A stretch of DNA of 38,475 bases, from positions 1-38,475 of the forward strand of contig JAOTTU010000002.1 of assembly GCA_029864225.1 (NCBI GenBank). Reading direction: 5' to 3'. The position numbers and the translations under genes were made by a program. Positions 29,787 through 38,475 of this stretch are shown piece by piece. Numbering within the stretch: the first letter of the stretch is position 1; every line of letters begins with the position of its first letter. The notes beneath the pieces were generated by a model that worked only from the letters and a program-made list of their open reading frames with translations, ran no database searches and was not told where the DNA came from. The stretch comes from Gammaproteobacteria bacterium. Its GTDB lineage: Bacteria; Pseudomonadota; Gammaproteobacteria; UBA9214.

Positions 29787-31274
29787 ATGAACATTCTATT
29801 TGCCAGCAGCGAGGCCCATCCTCTGATCAAGACCGGGGGTCTGGCCGACGTGTCAGGCAGCCTGCCACGCGCCATCCTGGGGCTGCACCACGACATTCGC
29901 GTCATCATTCCTGCCTACCGCGAGATACTCAAGCATGCCCAACAGCTGACACTGGCCGCCTACCTGGACCTGGAGGGTGTGAGACTGCCGGTACGCATCC
30001 TCAGCGGACGTCTCCCCGGCGGCAATGTGAAACTCTATCTGGTCGACTCACCGCCACACTTCGACCGCGCCGGGAAACCCTACACCACCAGTAGTGGCAG
30101 TCCCTGGCTGGACAACGCCGAGCGTTTTACCGTTTTCTGCCGTGCCATTCATGCACTCGCCGTCAATGATGCTGGTCTCGACTGGCAGCCGGATATCGTG
30201 CATTGCAATGACTGGCAAACCGGGCTGGTGCCGGTGATGCTGCGGGAAACGTCAGCCGCACCCGCCTCGATCTTCACCATCCACAACCTGGCTTATCAGG
30301 GACTGTTCGACTGGAAGACCTTCCAGTCACTCAAGCTGCCTGACGACTGGTGGTCGATCGATGCCCTCGAGTTTCACGACAAGTTCTCTTTTATCAAGGG
30401 CGGCCTGATTTTTGCAGACTGGTTGACGACCGTTAGCCCGACCTATGCCGACGAGATCTGCACCCCTGAATTCGGCTGCGGGCTGGAGGGCCTGCTCACC
30501 CTGCGCAAGCAAAGCCTGACAGGCATCCTCAACGGGGCGGATTACACCGTCTGGAACCCCGGGCGTGACTTGCACATCCCGGTGCAGTACAACCTCCGCT
30601 CGCTGTTCCACAAGATCGAGAACAAGCGCGACCTGCAGGAGCACTTTGCCCTGCCCGTGGACAACGCCGTGCCCTTGTTCACCGTCATCAGCCGGCTGGT
30701 CGAACAGAAAGGCATCGACCTGATACTGGAAATCCTGCCGGACCTGGTAAAACAGAATGCCCAGCTGGTGGTCCTCGGCAGCGGTGACAGCCAGCTGGAA
30801 GCTGCCCTGCAGCAGGCCAGCGCCCGGCACCCGGAGCACATCGGCATTCACATCGGTTATGACGAAGTGCTGGCACATCGCGTCGAGGCCGGTGCCGATA
30901 TCTTCCTGATGCCCTCCTTGTTTGAACCCTGCGGCCTGAACCAGATCTACAGCCTGCGCTACGGAACCGTGCCCGTGGTGCGCAGGACCGGCGGACTGGC
31001 CGACACCATCGTCGATACCACGCCCGAGACCCTCGCGGACAAGACCGCCACCGGTTTCTGCTTTCACCAGGCCTCGGCTACCGCGCTGTGGAGCGCGGTC
31101 GAGCGCGCCCTCGCGCACTACCGGAAGCCCGACAGCTGGGCACAGATCATGGATACCGGCATGCGCCAGGACTTCAGCTGGAAACGCAGCGCGCAGCAAT
31201 ATGTCGAGCTCTACACCCGGATCATCGCCCAACACAAATACGGTCAGATTTTAGAATCTAATGTTATTCAATAA
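29787..31274 (+). CDS. glgA: Glycogen synthase (ADP-glucose type)
   Basis: The N-terminus MNILFASSEAHPLIKTGGLADV carries the KTGGL motif. The GT5/GT1 C-terminal domain is present (FLMPSLFEPCGLNQIYSLRYGTVPVV). The start is taken at the internal ATG of the track ORF. Confidence 0.93.
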   Translation: MNILFASSEAHPLIKTGGLADVSGSLPRAILGLHHDIRVIIPAYREILKHAQQLTLAAYLDLEGVRLPVRILSGRLPGGNVKLYLVDSPPHFDRAGKPYTTSSGSPWLDNAERFTVFCRAIHALAVNDAGLDWQPDIVHCNDWQTGLVPVMLRETSAAPASIFTIHNLAYQGLFDWKTFQSLKLPDDWWSIDALEFHDKFSFIKGGLIFADWLTTVSPTYADEICTPEFGCGLEGLLTLRKQSLTGILNGADYTVWNPGRDLHIPVQYNLRSLFHKIENKRDLQEHFALPVDNAVPLFTVISRLVEQKGIDLILEILPDLVKQNAQLVVLGSGDSQLEAALQQASARHPEHIGIHIGYDEVLAHRVEAGADIFLMPSLFEPCGLNQIYSLRYGTVPVVRRTGGLADTIVDTTPETLADKTATGFCFHQASATALWSAVERALAHYRKPDSWAQIMDTGMRQDFSWKRSAQQYVELYTRIIAQHKYGQILESNVIQ

Positions 31275-31339
31275 GTTAAATATAGTTCCTCGAACCTGCC
31301 TGAGACGTTCTGACGGACTGAAAATCCAACGCGGCAGAG

Positions 31340-31345
31340 TATAAT
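31340..31345 (+). promoter_or_regulatory. Perfect TATAAT hexamer upstream of ppc (candidate -10)
   Basis: The context is GCAGAGTATAATCC, 52 nt upstream of the ppc ATG. A weak -35 candidate, CTGAAA, lies 16 nt upstream. Confidence 0.35.
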
Positions 31346-31368
31346 CCTTCCTCCCTGATTCGGAACGG

Positions 31369-31392
31369 GCCACGCCTAGCCGTGGCTTTTTT
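31369..31392 (+). terminator. Intrinsic-terminator-like hairpin plus T6, ending 5 nt before the ppc ATG
   Basis: The structure is GCCACG-cctagc-CGTGGC-TTTTTT. It lies 95 nt downstream of the glgA stop codon. Confidence 0.55.
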
Positions 31393-31396
31393 GTGT

Positions 31397-34225
31397 ATGA
31401 CAAAAACAGCAACAACGGTATTCGATCAACCCCGGGACAAGGACCTGCGTAGCCGGGTACGACTGTTCGGCAACCTGCTGGGCGAGGTGCTGCGTGAGCA
31501 GGCCGGTGAGGAATTACTGTCTGCCGTCGAGACCCTGCGCAAGGGTTATATCAAGCTGCGCAAACAGGATAACCCCGTATTGCGTGCACGCCTTTCCAGG
31601 CTCATCGATTTCCTGGATCCGGATCAGCTGATCGGTGTGATTAGGGCATTCAACCTCTATTTCAGCCTGGTGAATATCGCCGAAGAATCCTTCCAGCACG
31701 AACAGCGCCGGCGCCAGGTCCGCAAAAAGGAACCCTTATGGGTCGGCTCCTTTGCGCAAACAGTGCAGGAATTACATGACGAGGGGGTGAAGCCCTATCA
31801 GCTGCAGATCCTGCTGAACCAGGCACTCTATTTCCCGGTATTCACGGCGCACCCGACCGAGGCCATCCGCCGAACCATCATGTCGGCACTGCGCCGCTTC
31901 TTCGTGACCAGCGAACAACTGGACGACATGCGGCTCGGCCGCGAGGAACGCCGGGAAATCACCGAGGACCTCAAGTCCCAGATACAGGTACTGTGGAAGA
32001 CCGACGAGGTACGGGTACACAAGCCCACCGTCGAGGATGAAATTCGCAACGGTCTCTATTATTTTCGCGAGAGCCTGTTCGAGGCCGTTCCGCAAACCTA
32101 CCGCTACCTGGAAAAGGCCATCAGGCGTGTCTATGGGTCAAACGGCGGCACCCCGGCCGCGACCGTTCCCGGCGGCATCATGCACTTCGGCTCCTGGATC
32201 GGCGGTGACCGCGACGGCAATCCCTTCGTCAAACCGGCCACCACCGTAACCGCCCTGCGGCTGCACAGTCGCGAGGTACTGATCATCTACCTGCGCCGTA
32301 TCGATGAATTGAGCTACCAGCTCACCCATTCCTCGCGTCTATGCTCCTTCTCGCCCGCGCTGCTCGACAGTATCAGCAGCGACGAGAAGCGAAGCGACGC
32401 CTGCTCACTGCACCCGACCCGCTACCTGCATGAGCCCTACCGGCGCAAGCTGTACATCATGCGGCACCGCCTGAAGCTGAACCTGGCTGCCATCATCGAG
32501 CGCCTCGATAATCCGGACATCGACACCTCGACACAGGAGATCGGCTATGCCAGCGAGCAGGACTTGCTGCAGGACCTGCAGCTGATCCGCGACTCCCTGA
32601 TCGCAGACCATGACGACAGCCTGGCGGAAGGCAAGTTGAAGGACCTGGTCCGGCTGGTGGAAACCTTCGGCTTCTTCCTGATGCATCTTGATATCCGCCA
32701 GGAGTCAACGCGCCACACCGGGGCCATCAGCGAGATCTGCCGCTCCCTGCCGGATGCCATCGACTATGACACGCTCGATGAAAGCGCACGCCAGGGGTTC
32801 CTGAGCCGGGCGTTTGCAACAGCACCGCCGGCACTCGATCGCAGCGGCCTGTCGGCAGAGACACGCGAAACCCTGGAGGTATTCGATGTCATGCGGCGCA
32901 TGCAGCAGGAGGTCAGTCCGAACGCCTTCGGGAACTACGTGATCTCCATGACACACACAGCCAGCCATGTACTCGAGGTCATGTACCTCGCCTGGCTGAC
33001 CGGCCTCGCCGGCAAGCAGGCGGACCAGTGGTTCTGTAATATCCGGATCAGTCCCCTGTTCGAAACCATCGACGACCTCGAGCATATCGATGAGGTACTC
33101 TCACAGCTGCTGGGCAACTCAACCTACCGTACCTTGCTGAGCTGCGCCTGCAAGTGCCAGGAGATCATGCTGGGCTACTCCGACTCCTGCAAGGATGGAG
33201 GCATACTCGCATCCAACTGGAGACTGTACGAGGCACAGAAAAAGATCATCGCCATCACCAACCGGTACGACATCCAGTGCCGACTGTTTCATGGCCGTGG
33301 CGGGACCATCGGCCGCGGCGGCGGCCCCACCCACGAGTCGATCCTGTCCCAGCCACCGGGTACAGTGCACGGACAGATCAAGTTCACCGAACAGGGCGAG
33401 GTACTGCGCTACAAGTACAGCAATGCCGAGACTGCTGTCTACGAACTCTCCATGGGCATCACCGGCCTGCTGAAGGCGAGCCGCATCGTGATCAAGCCGC
33501 ATGACGATGACCGGCGTGATTACATGGGAATCATGGATGAACTCACCCGCCTGGGGGAGGCGTCCTACCGCGACCTGATTGACCACACCGAGGGCCTGTT
33601 CGATTATTTCTACGAGGTCACGCCGGTCACCGAAATCGGCCTGTTGAATATTGGCTCGCGTCCCTCGCACCGCAAGCATCAGGACCGTTCCAAGACCTCG
33701 ATCCGCGCCATCCCCTGGGTATTCGGCTGGGCGCAGTCCCGCCACACCCTGCCAGCCTGGTACGGACTGGGTACGGCCCTGGAACAGTGGCACAGTGACG
33801 ACCCGGCGCGCCTGATACAGCTGCAGACCATGTACCGCGAATGGCCTTTCTTCCATGCCCTGCTGAGCAACATCCAGATGGCACTGTTCAAGGGCGACAT
33901 GAATATCGCGCATGAATACACCCGCCTCGCCAGTGACACCGGGTCGGCCGAACGCATCTATCGCAAGATCAGTGATGAATACCAGCGCACCTTCACGCAG
34001 GTGCTGCAGGTCTGCAACCTGCACCAGCTGCTCGAGGAGAGCCCGGCACTGGGTCTGTCGCTGCATCGCCGCCATCCCTACCTGGATCCGCTGAATAACA
34101 TCCAGGTCACGCTGCTAACCCGCACCCGCAACAGCGCCCTGTCCGACGCCCAGCGTGAACGCTGGCTGCATCCGCTGCTGCAGTCGATTAACGCAATCGC
34201 CAGCGGGATGCGCAACACCGGCTGA
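31397..34225 (+). CDS. ppc: Phosphoenolpyruvate carboxylase
   Basis: Diagnostic motifs are present: VFTAHPTE, GYSDSCKDGG, FHGRGGTIGRGGGP, and the C-terminal MRNTG. An in-frame GTG at 31382 is an alternative start. Confidence 0.95.
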   Translation: MTKTATTVFDQPRDKDLRSRVRLFGNLLGEVLREQAGEELLSAVETLRKGYIKLRKQDNPVLRARLSRLIDFLDPDQLIGVIRAFNLYFSLVNIAEESFQHEQRRRQVRKKEPLWVGSFAQTVQELHDEGVKPYQLQILLNQALYFPVFTAHPTEAIRRTIMSALRRFFVTSEQLDDMRLGREERREITEDLKSQIQVLWKTDEVRVHKPTVEDEIRNGLYYFRESLFEAVPQTYRYLEKAIRRVYGSNGGTPAATVPGGIMHFGSWIGGDRDGNPFVKPATTVTALRLHSREVLIIYLRRIDELSYQLTHSSRLCSFSPALLDSISSDEKRSDACSLHPTRYLHEPYRRKLYIMRHRLKLNLAAIIERLDNPDIDTSTQEIGYASEQDLLQDLQLIRDSLIADHDDSLAEGKLKDLVRLVETFGFFLMHLDIRQESTRHTGAISEICRSLPDAIDYDTLDESARQGFLSRAFATAPPALDRSGLSAETRETLEVFDVMRRMQQEVSPNAFGNYVISMTHTASHVLEVMYLAWLTGLAGKQADQWFCNIRISPLFETIDDLEHIDEVLSQLLGNSTYRTLLSCACKCQEIMLGYSDSCKDGGILASNWRLYEAQKKIIAITNRYDIQCRLFHGRGGTIGRGGGPTHESILSQPPGTVHGQIKFTEQGEVLRYKYSNAETAVYELSMGITGLLKASRIVIKPHDDDRRDYMGIMDELTRLGEASYRDLIDHTEGLFDYFYEVTPVTEIGLLNIGSRPSHRKHQDRSKTSIRAIPWVFGWAQSRHTLPAWYGLGTALEQWHSDDPARLIQLQTMYREWPFFHALLSNIQMALFKGDMNIAHEYTRLASDTGSAERIYRKISDEYQRTFTQVLQVCNLHQLLEESPALGLSLHRRHPYLDPLNNIQVTLLTRTRNSALSDAQRERWLHPLLQSINAIASGMRNTG

Positions 34226-34318
34226 CGCCTGGCCCCAGGGCATTCCCGGCAAGTCGCGGCCGGCCCTGGAGATGGGTTATAGTGGCCAGAACCCTGGTTA
34301 AGCGGAATCAGCCTGCCA

Positions 34319-35680
34319 ATGGCAAACCGGCTTGCACTAATTGTCGATGATTCAAAAACAGCGCGCGTTACCCTGCAACGCATGCTGGAGAAACAGGGTA
34401 TTGATGTCGACGCCCTGGAATCTGCGCAGGATGCGCTGAATTACCTTGCCGGAACTACCCCGGATCTCATCTTCATGGACCACATGATGCCGGGGATGGA
34501 CGGCTTCCAGGCCGTTGAAGCTATCAAGGGAAATCCCGATACCGCCACCATTCCCATCATGATGTACACCTCCAAGGGTGGTGACCTGTATGTCAGCCAG
34601 GCGCGCGCCCTGGGTGCGATCGGCATCATGCCCAAGGAGGTCCAGCCAGCCGAACTGTTCGAGGTGCTCAACCGGCTCGGCATGGTCGAGAACCGGCGCA
34701 AGCCGCCACCCACCGGCACCAGCCGCTTTGTGCTGCTCGACGAGAAACCGGAAATCAGCCTCAAGCCCGGCCGGGAAGCGATCCACGAAATCGCCCGTGA
34801 GGCAGCCGAGTCAGTCAATTACAACAATGAGTTGCAGCTGCATCTTGGTGAACTGCTGGAGCGTTATCACAACGACCTTAGCGCGGAAATCCAGCGGCTC
34901 CGCGACGACCTGGGGCAGCCGGTGGCCAGCGGCACGGGGCCGGGCGCGCACCGGTCGACCGCGCGCAGCGGCGGGGTATTCGTCCCCCTGGTCGTCCTGC
35001 TGATCCTGCTGATACCGCTGCTGTGGATGTACCGCCTCAGCGATGGAACCCGCGAGGAACTGGAAGGCGCCCGGGAGGAGATCGCCCGCCTGCAGAACCA
35101 GCAACAACAACAGGTGCAACTGGCAAGCGCGGAAAACGCCTCGTTGCGCGGCCTGCTGAATGAACAGAAAGGCCGCAGCAACGAACAGTCATCCCTGCTG
35201 TTCAAGAGCATCGCCTGGGCCATCAACCAGAGTAGCCCCTACGATGTCCGCGAAGAGGCCTTCAGCGACCGGCGCCTGGCTATTGTGCATGAACTGGTAG
35301 CGCGCCTGCAGGCCCTGGGATTCAAGGGGACCCTCAGGCTGGAGTCATACCTGGGGGAATTCTGCCTGGTTGGCAATGATGTCGATGGTTACACACTCGC
35401 CCCCGCCGACCTGCCGGTGCGTGACTGTGACGTCTATGGACATCCGTTGCAGCACCTGCCGGCGATCGGTGAACGCCAATCGATCGCCTTTGCCAATTTT
35501 CTATCCACCTCCCCGCTGGTCAACGACAGTGATATCGACATCGAGATCGTTTCCCATCAGTACAGTCAGCCGCGGGTGTCCTACCCGGCACGGGACTCCG
35601 ATATCAGTGCCTATGAGTGGAACCGTATCGCCGAGGCCAACAATCGGGTAGAGGTTGAATTGATACCGGCAAGCCTCTGA
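34319..35680 (+). CDS. Orphan response regulator: receiver domain, one TM helix, and a degenerate OmpA/MotB-like C-terminal domain
   Basis: The REC motifs are intact (LIVDDS, DLIFMDHMMPGMDG, MMYTSKG, IMPKE). A hydrophobic helix VFVPLVVLLILLIPLLWMY spans about aa 219-240. A Gln-rich coiled coil follows. The C-terminus ends in an OmpA-like signature (FSDRRLAIVHELVARLQAL.., ..AEANNRVEVELIP). Confidence 0.8.
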   Translation: MANRLALIVDDSKTARVTLQRMLEKQGIDVDALESAQDALNYLAGTTPDLIFMDHMMPGMDGFQAVEAIKGNPDTATIPIMMYTSKGGDLYVSQARALGAIGIMPKEVQPAELFEVLNRLGMVENRRKPPPTGTSRFVLLDEKPEISLKPGREAIHEIAREAAESVNYNNELQLHLGELLERYHNDLSAEIQRLRDDLGQPVASGTGPGAHRSTARSGGVFVPLVVLLILLIPLLWMYRLSDGTREELEGAREEIARLQNQQQQQVQLASAENASLRGLLNEQKGRSNEQSSLLFKSIAWAINQSSPYDVREEAFSDRRLAIVHELVARLQALGFKGTLRLESYLGEFCLVGNDVDGYTLAPADLPVRDCDVYGHPLQHLPAIGERQSIAFANFLSTSPLVNDSDIDIEIVSHQYSQPRVSYPARDSDISAYEWNRIAEANNRVEVELIPASL

Positions 35681-35697
35681 CCCCCACCGGGCCAGCC

Positions 35698-37647
35698 TCA
35701 GCCGGCCTTACCCGCTAGCGGCCTTTCCATCAATTCCGGCCACCGGATCAGCAGATAGGGCATAACCTCCGGCGAGTCCTGTAGCTGGGCAGCGGCCCAG
35801 GCGGCGGTTTTGAATGCCTTCTCGGTATAGTCACGGTTGCCGGTCAGCCGCCCCAGGTCCAGCAAGGCATGAACCGCAATTCCGTTGACCGACAGGGTTG
35901 CCCCGTCACTGGCCTCTTTCTCACGCAGCCATAACTCGGTATCCGCCGGGGTGCGGTAGAACCCGCCGTACTCGGCGTCCCAGTAGGCGGCCAGTTGGCT
36001 ATCGACCAGCCGCCGTGCCTGCCGCAGCAGGTTCTTCTCACCCGTGACCTTGAACAGGGTCAACAGACCCTGGGCGAGGGCGGCATAATCATCACTGAAG
36101 CCCGGCACACCCCGCTCGCCGTGGCGCCAGTCCCGGTAAAGCACACCGTGCTCGTCGGCATAGAGTTCATCCATGATAAACGTCGCCGTGGCAGTGGCCG
36201 CCTCGATGTAGCGCGGCTCATCCAGCAGGCGCCCGGCCATGGCCAGCGTCGTGATCATGTAGCCATTCCATGCCGTCACAACCTTGTCATCCACCGGCAG
36301 CGCGGGCCGCTCCCGGCGCGCCTTGAGCAGTCGCTGTGTCACCTCGGCAGTGCGCTGCCCGGCACCGATCAGGTCGAGCTTGAATTGCCGGGCCAGGGCC
36401 GTGGTATCCAGCGCACGGTAGGGCACGTTGCGGCCGGCCATTTCGCCCAGCGGGTCACTCAGCGCATTGCCCTGCGGCGTCATGCCGTAACGTGCCGCCG
36501 CCCAGTCACGCAGGGCGCCTTCGCCAAGTGCCTCGGTGAGCTGCTGCCAGGTCCAGGTGTAATACACGCCCTCCTCCATGTGACCGGAGCGCTCGTGATC
36601 GGCATGGCTATCTGCACTCAGCGCGGAGTAGAAACCACCGCGGTCGTCATGCAGTTGGTCCAGGGAAAAATCGAGGATCTCACGCGCCACCCCGGCATAG
36701 CGCTCGTCCCCGCTAAGCCGGTAGGCCACCAGGTAGGCGCGCGCCACCAGCGCCTGGTCGTAGAGCATCTTCTCGAAATGCGGTACCCGCCATTCGAAAT
36801 CGGTGGAATAGCGGTGAATACCGCCCTCGAGTTGGTCGTAGATACCCCCTGCCGCCATCTTGTCGAGGGTATGCAGCGCCCTGTCAGCGCTGGCCGATTC
36901 CCCCGACTGCAACAGGAACAGCAGGCGCGCCGGCTGCGGGAACTTGGGCGCCGTGCCGAAGCCCCCATGGAACTCGTCGTAGTCGGTGGCGAATTGCTTG
37001 CGGGCCCGGGCGGGGATGTCGTCCGGCAGCCGCGACAGGGGGGTGGCCGAGGACCCCATCTCACGCAACAGGGCCACGGCGTTCTGCGCCGACTTCCGAA
37101 TACGCTCCGGCGTCTCTCTCCAGAGTTCGTCCAGCGTGGACAGGATTTGCGTCATACCCGGCCGGCCGAGGCCGGGTTCCGGTGGATAGTAGGTCCCGCC
37201 CATGAACGGATGGCCCTCCGGTGTGGCCCACACGGACATCGGCCAGCCGCCCTGCCCGCTCGTTGCCATGACATAATTCATGTAGGCCGCGTCCACATCC
37301 GGGCGCTGTTCACGGTCGACCTTGATGGACACGAAACCCGCGTTCAGCAATGCGGCGATTCGGGGATTGCTGAACGATTCGCGCGCCATGACATGGCACC
37401 AGTGGCAGGTGAAATACCCGATCGAGATGAACACCGGCTTGTTCTCACTGCGCGCCTTTTCGAACGCCTCCTCGCCCCAGGGGTACCACTCCACGGGATT
37501 ATCGGCATGCAGTCGCAGGTAGGGACTGGACTCCTGCGCCAGCCGCCAGCCGCCGGTTTTTTCTGCGGTTGCGCCAGGCAAGGTCATTGCCAGCAGCAGG
37601 GCGACGGCCAGGCAGGCCCGAAGGCAACGGTTCAGCATGATGGTCAT
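35698..37647 (-). CDS. Thioredoxin-domain protein of the YyaL/DUF255 family, with signal peptide
   Basis: The region [38 protein letters not shown] is followed by an alpha/alpha-toroid-like C-terminal part. The signal peptide is [28 protein letters not shown]. Starts at 37647 or 37638 are preferred over 37716. Confidence 0.88.
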   Translation of the reverse strand: MTIMLNRCLRACLAVALLLAMTLPGATAEKTGGWRLAQESSPYLRLHADNPVEWYPWGEEAFEKARSENKPVFISIGYFTCHWCHVMARESFSNPRIAALLNAGFVSIKVDREQRPDVDAAYMNYVMATSGQGGWPMSVWATPEGHPFMGGTYYPPEPGLGRPGMTQILSTLDELWRETPERIRKSAQNAVALLREMGSSATPLSRLPDDIPARARKQFATDYDEFHGGFGTAPKFPQPARLLFLLQSGESASADRALHTLDKMAAGGIYDQLEGGIHRYSTDFEWRVPHFEKMLYDQALVARAYLVAYRLSGDERYAGVAREILDFSLDQLHDDRGGFYSALSADSHADHERSGHMEEGVYYTWTWQQLTEALGEGALRDWAAARYGMTPQGNALSDPLGEMAGRNVPYRALDTTALARQFKLDLIGAGQRTAEVTQRLLKARRERPALPVDDKVVTAWNGYMITTLAMAGRLLDEPRYIEAATATATFIMDELYADEHGVLYRDWRHGERGVPGFSDDYAALAQGLLTLFKVTGEKNLLRQARRLVDSQLAAYWDAEYGGFYRTPADTELWLREKEASDGATLSVNGIAVHALLDLGRLTGNRDYTEKAFKTAAWAAAQLQDSPEVMPYLLIRWPELMERPLAGKAG

Positions 37648-37719
37648 GGTGTGCGAGGTCCTGTTTCGGTCATGCAGGGTTGGAGCTCCGGTAGCGGCAA
37701 TGGTTCCTGCCACCAACGG

Positions 37720-37935
37720 CTAGCGCCGGAAGAACAGGTTGATGATGACCGTCAGAATGACACTGATTACGATCATCGACGTGACGGGAAGGAAAAACCG
37801 GCCGTTCTCGCGCTCGATGCGGATGTCGCCCGGCAGGTGCCCGAACCAGCCCAGCAGCCCCGGCGCATAGGTCAGCACCAGCCCGACCAGGGCGATGACC
37901 AGACCGGTAAACAGCAACACCTTACCCAGCGTCAT
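37720..37935 (-). CDS. DUF2905 family small membrane protein
   Basis: The 71-aa protein has two TM helices and the motif LPGDIRIERENGRFFLPVTS, which is typical of DUF2905. Confidence 0.8.
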   Translation of the reverse strand: MTLGKVLLFTGLVIALVGLVLTYAPGLLGWFGHLPGDIRIERENGRFFLPVTSMIVISVILTVIINLFFRR

Positions 37936-38056
37936 GGCTAAATACCTGCTTCATACCGGGTAACAGCCACTCCCCTGCATACCCGGAAAAACTAATGATA
38001 ATATCGCCCGAAGTTCAATGAGTCATTCAGCGTTGATGCACAAGGACCAACAAACT

Positions 38057-38083
38057 CAGCGTTCTCAGCGACTCTGCGGTTCA
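38057..38083 (-). repeat. Solo CGC-RRAG repeat unit (B type) abutting the tatD stop codon
   Basis: The reverse complement TGAACCGCAGAGTCGCTGAGAACGCTG resembles TCAACCGCAGAGGCGCGGAGAACGCAG at 22569-22595. It starts at the first nt after the TAG. Confidence 0.6.
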
Positions 38084-38475
38084 CTAGCATCGATTGGCAC
38101 CAGGTAGCGGATTTCCTGTCCGCCAGTCATCCAGCGCCAGCACCGCCCGTGCGTTGGCGCTGGTCTGCTGCGCCACCTGTTCGGCCGGTTCGCCGCGCAC
38201 CTCGGCCAGCGCCGCCAGGCAGTAAGGCAGGTACTCGGGGCTGTTGCGCTCGCCCCGGTGCTGTGCCACGACCAGGTCGGGTGCATCGGTCTCCAGCACC
38301 AGGGCCTCCAGCGGCAAGGCGCGCGCCAGGGCGCGCAGCCGGCTCGAATGTTCGTAGGTCAGCATCCCGCCAAACCCCAGCTTGAAGCCGAGATCGATGT
38401 ACTGTTGCGCCTGCTGCAGGCTGCCGTTGAAGGCATGGGCAATCCCCCCCGGCACCGGGATCCGCCTCAGGGCGG
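38084..38475 (-). CDS. TatD-family metal-dependent hydrolase, C-terminal part (5' end lies outside the window)
   Basis: TatD C-terminal motifs are present (GIAHAFNGSLQQAQQYIDLGFKLGFGG, LVLETDAPD). The frame is open to the window edge. Confidence 0.85.
   Translation of the reverse strand, partial: ALRRIPVPGGIAHAFNGSLQQAQQYIDLGFKLGFGGMLTYEHSSRLRALARALPLEALVLETDAPDLVVAQHRGERNSPEYLPYCLAALAEVRGEPAEQVAQQTSANARAVLALDDWRTGNPLPGANRC

Noticed and set aside
35995-37941. A 648-aa ORF on the + strand.
   Set aside because: It is antisense to the YyaL-like gene and to the DUF2905 gene, both of which have clear family signatures. Its translation is low-complexity and Arg/Gly/Gln/His-rich.

Overview
This is a GC-rich, mostly housekeeping chromosome segment of a gammaproteobacterium. 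It holds about 32 protein genes and the RNase P RNA. Gene order follows conserved Pseudomonas and E. coli blocks, which I recalled from memory and did not search: mgtE / tas / pmbA<>yjgA / tldD-CN hydrolase-yhdP-rng-maf / rlmH-rsfS-nadD-proA-holA-lptE-leuS / DUF1451-Dabb / lnt-corC-ybeY-phoH-miaB / rnpB / glgA-ppc / yyaL-DUF2905-tatD. I see no CRISPR array, transposase, integrase, phage genes, rRNA or tRNA, and no recognisable multi-gene defence or secretion system. What the core genes do not explain sits in the spacers between the conserved blocks. (1) A short-repeat family built from TCACCGC plus three CGC-RRAG sub-repeats occurs at 4-5 intergenic sites, usually as nested inverted composites. 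Its first unit starts 0-12 nt after a stop codon, or about 31 nt after the rnpB 3' end. (2) A 77-bp REP-doublet or MITE-like palindrome with perfect 9-bp flanking direct repeats is nested inside one of these composites. (3) An orphan response regulator has a receiver domain fused through one TM helix to a degenerate OmpA/MotB-like C-terminal domain. (4) Several small uncharacterised genes are present: a two-gene cassette at 972-1697, a cysteine-less HMA-like gene in a low-GC islet at about 5.1-5.6 kb, and a TPR-like gene beside rnpB. (5) A terminator-like hairpin plus U-tract directly abuts the ppc start codon. Many long ORFs in the six-frame track are antisense shadows typical of high-GC DNA and are rejected. 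All family assignments come from motifs read by eye. No database search was possible.
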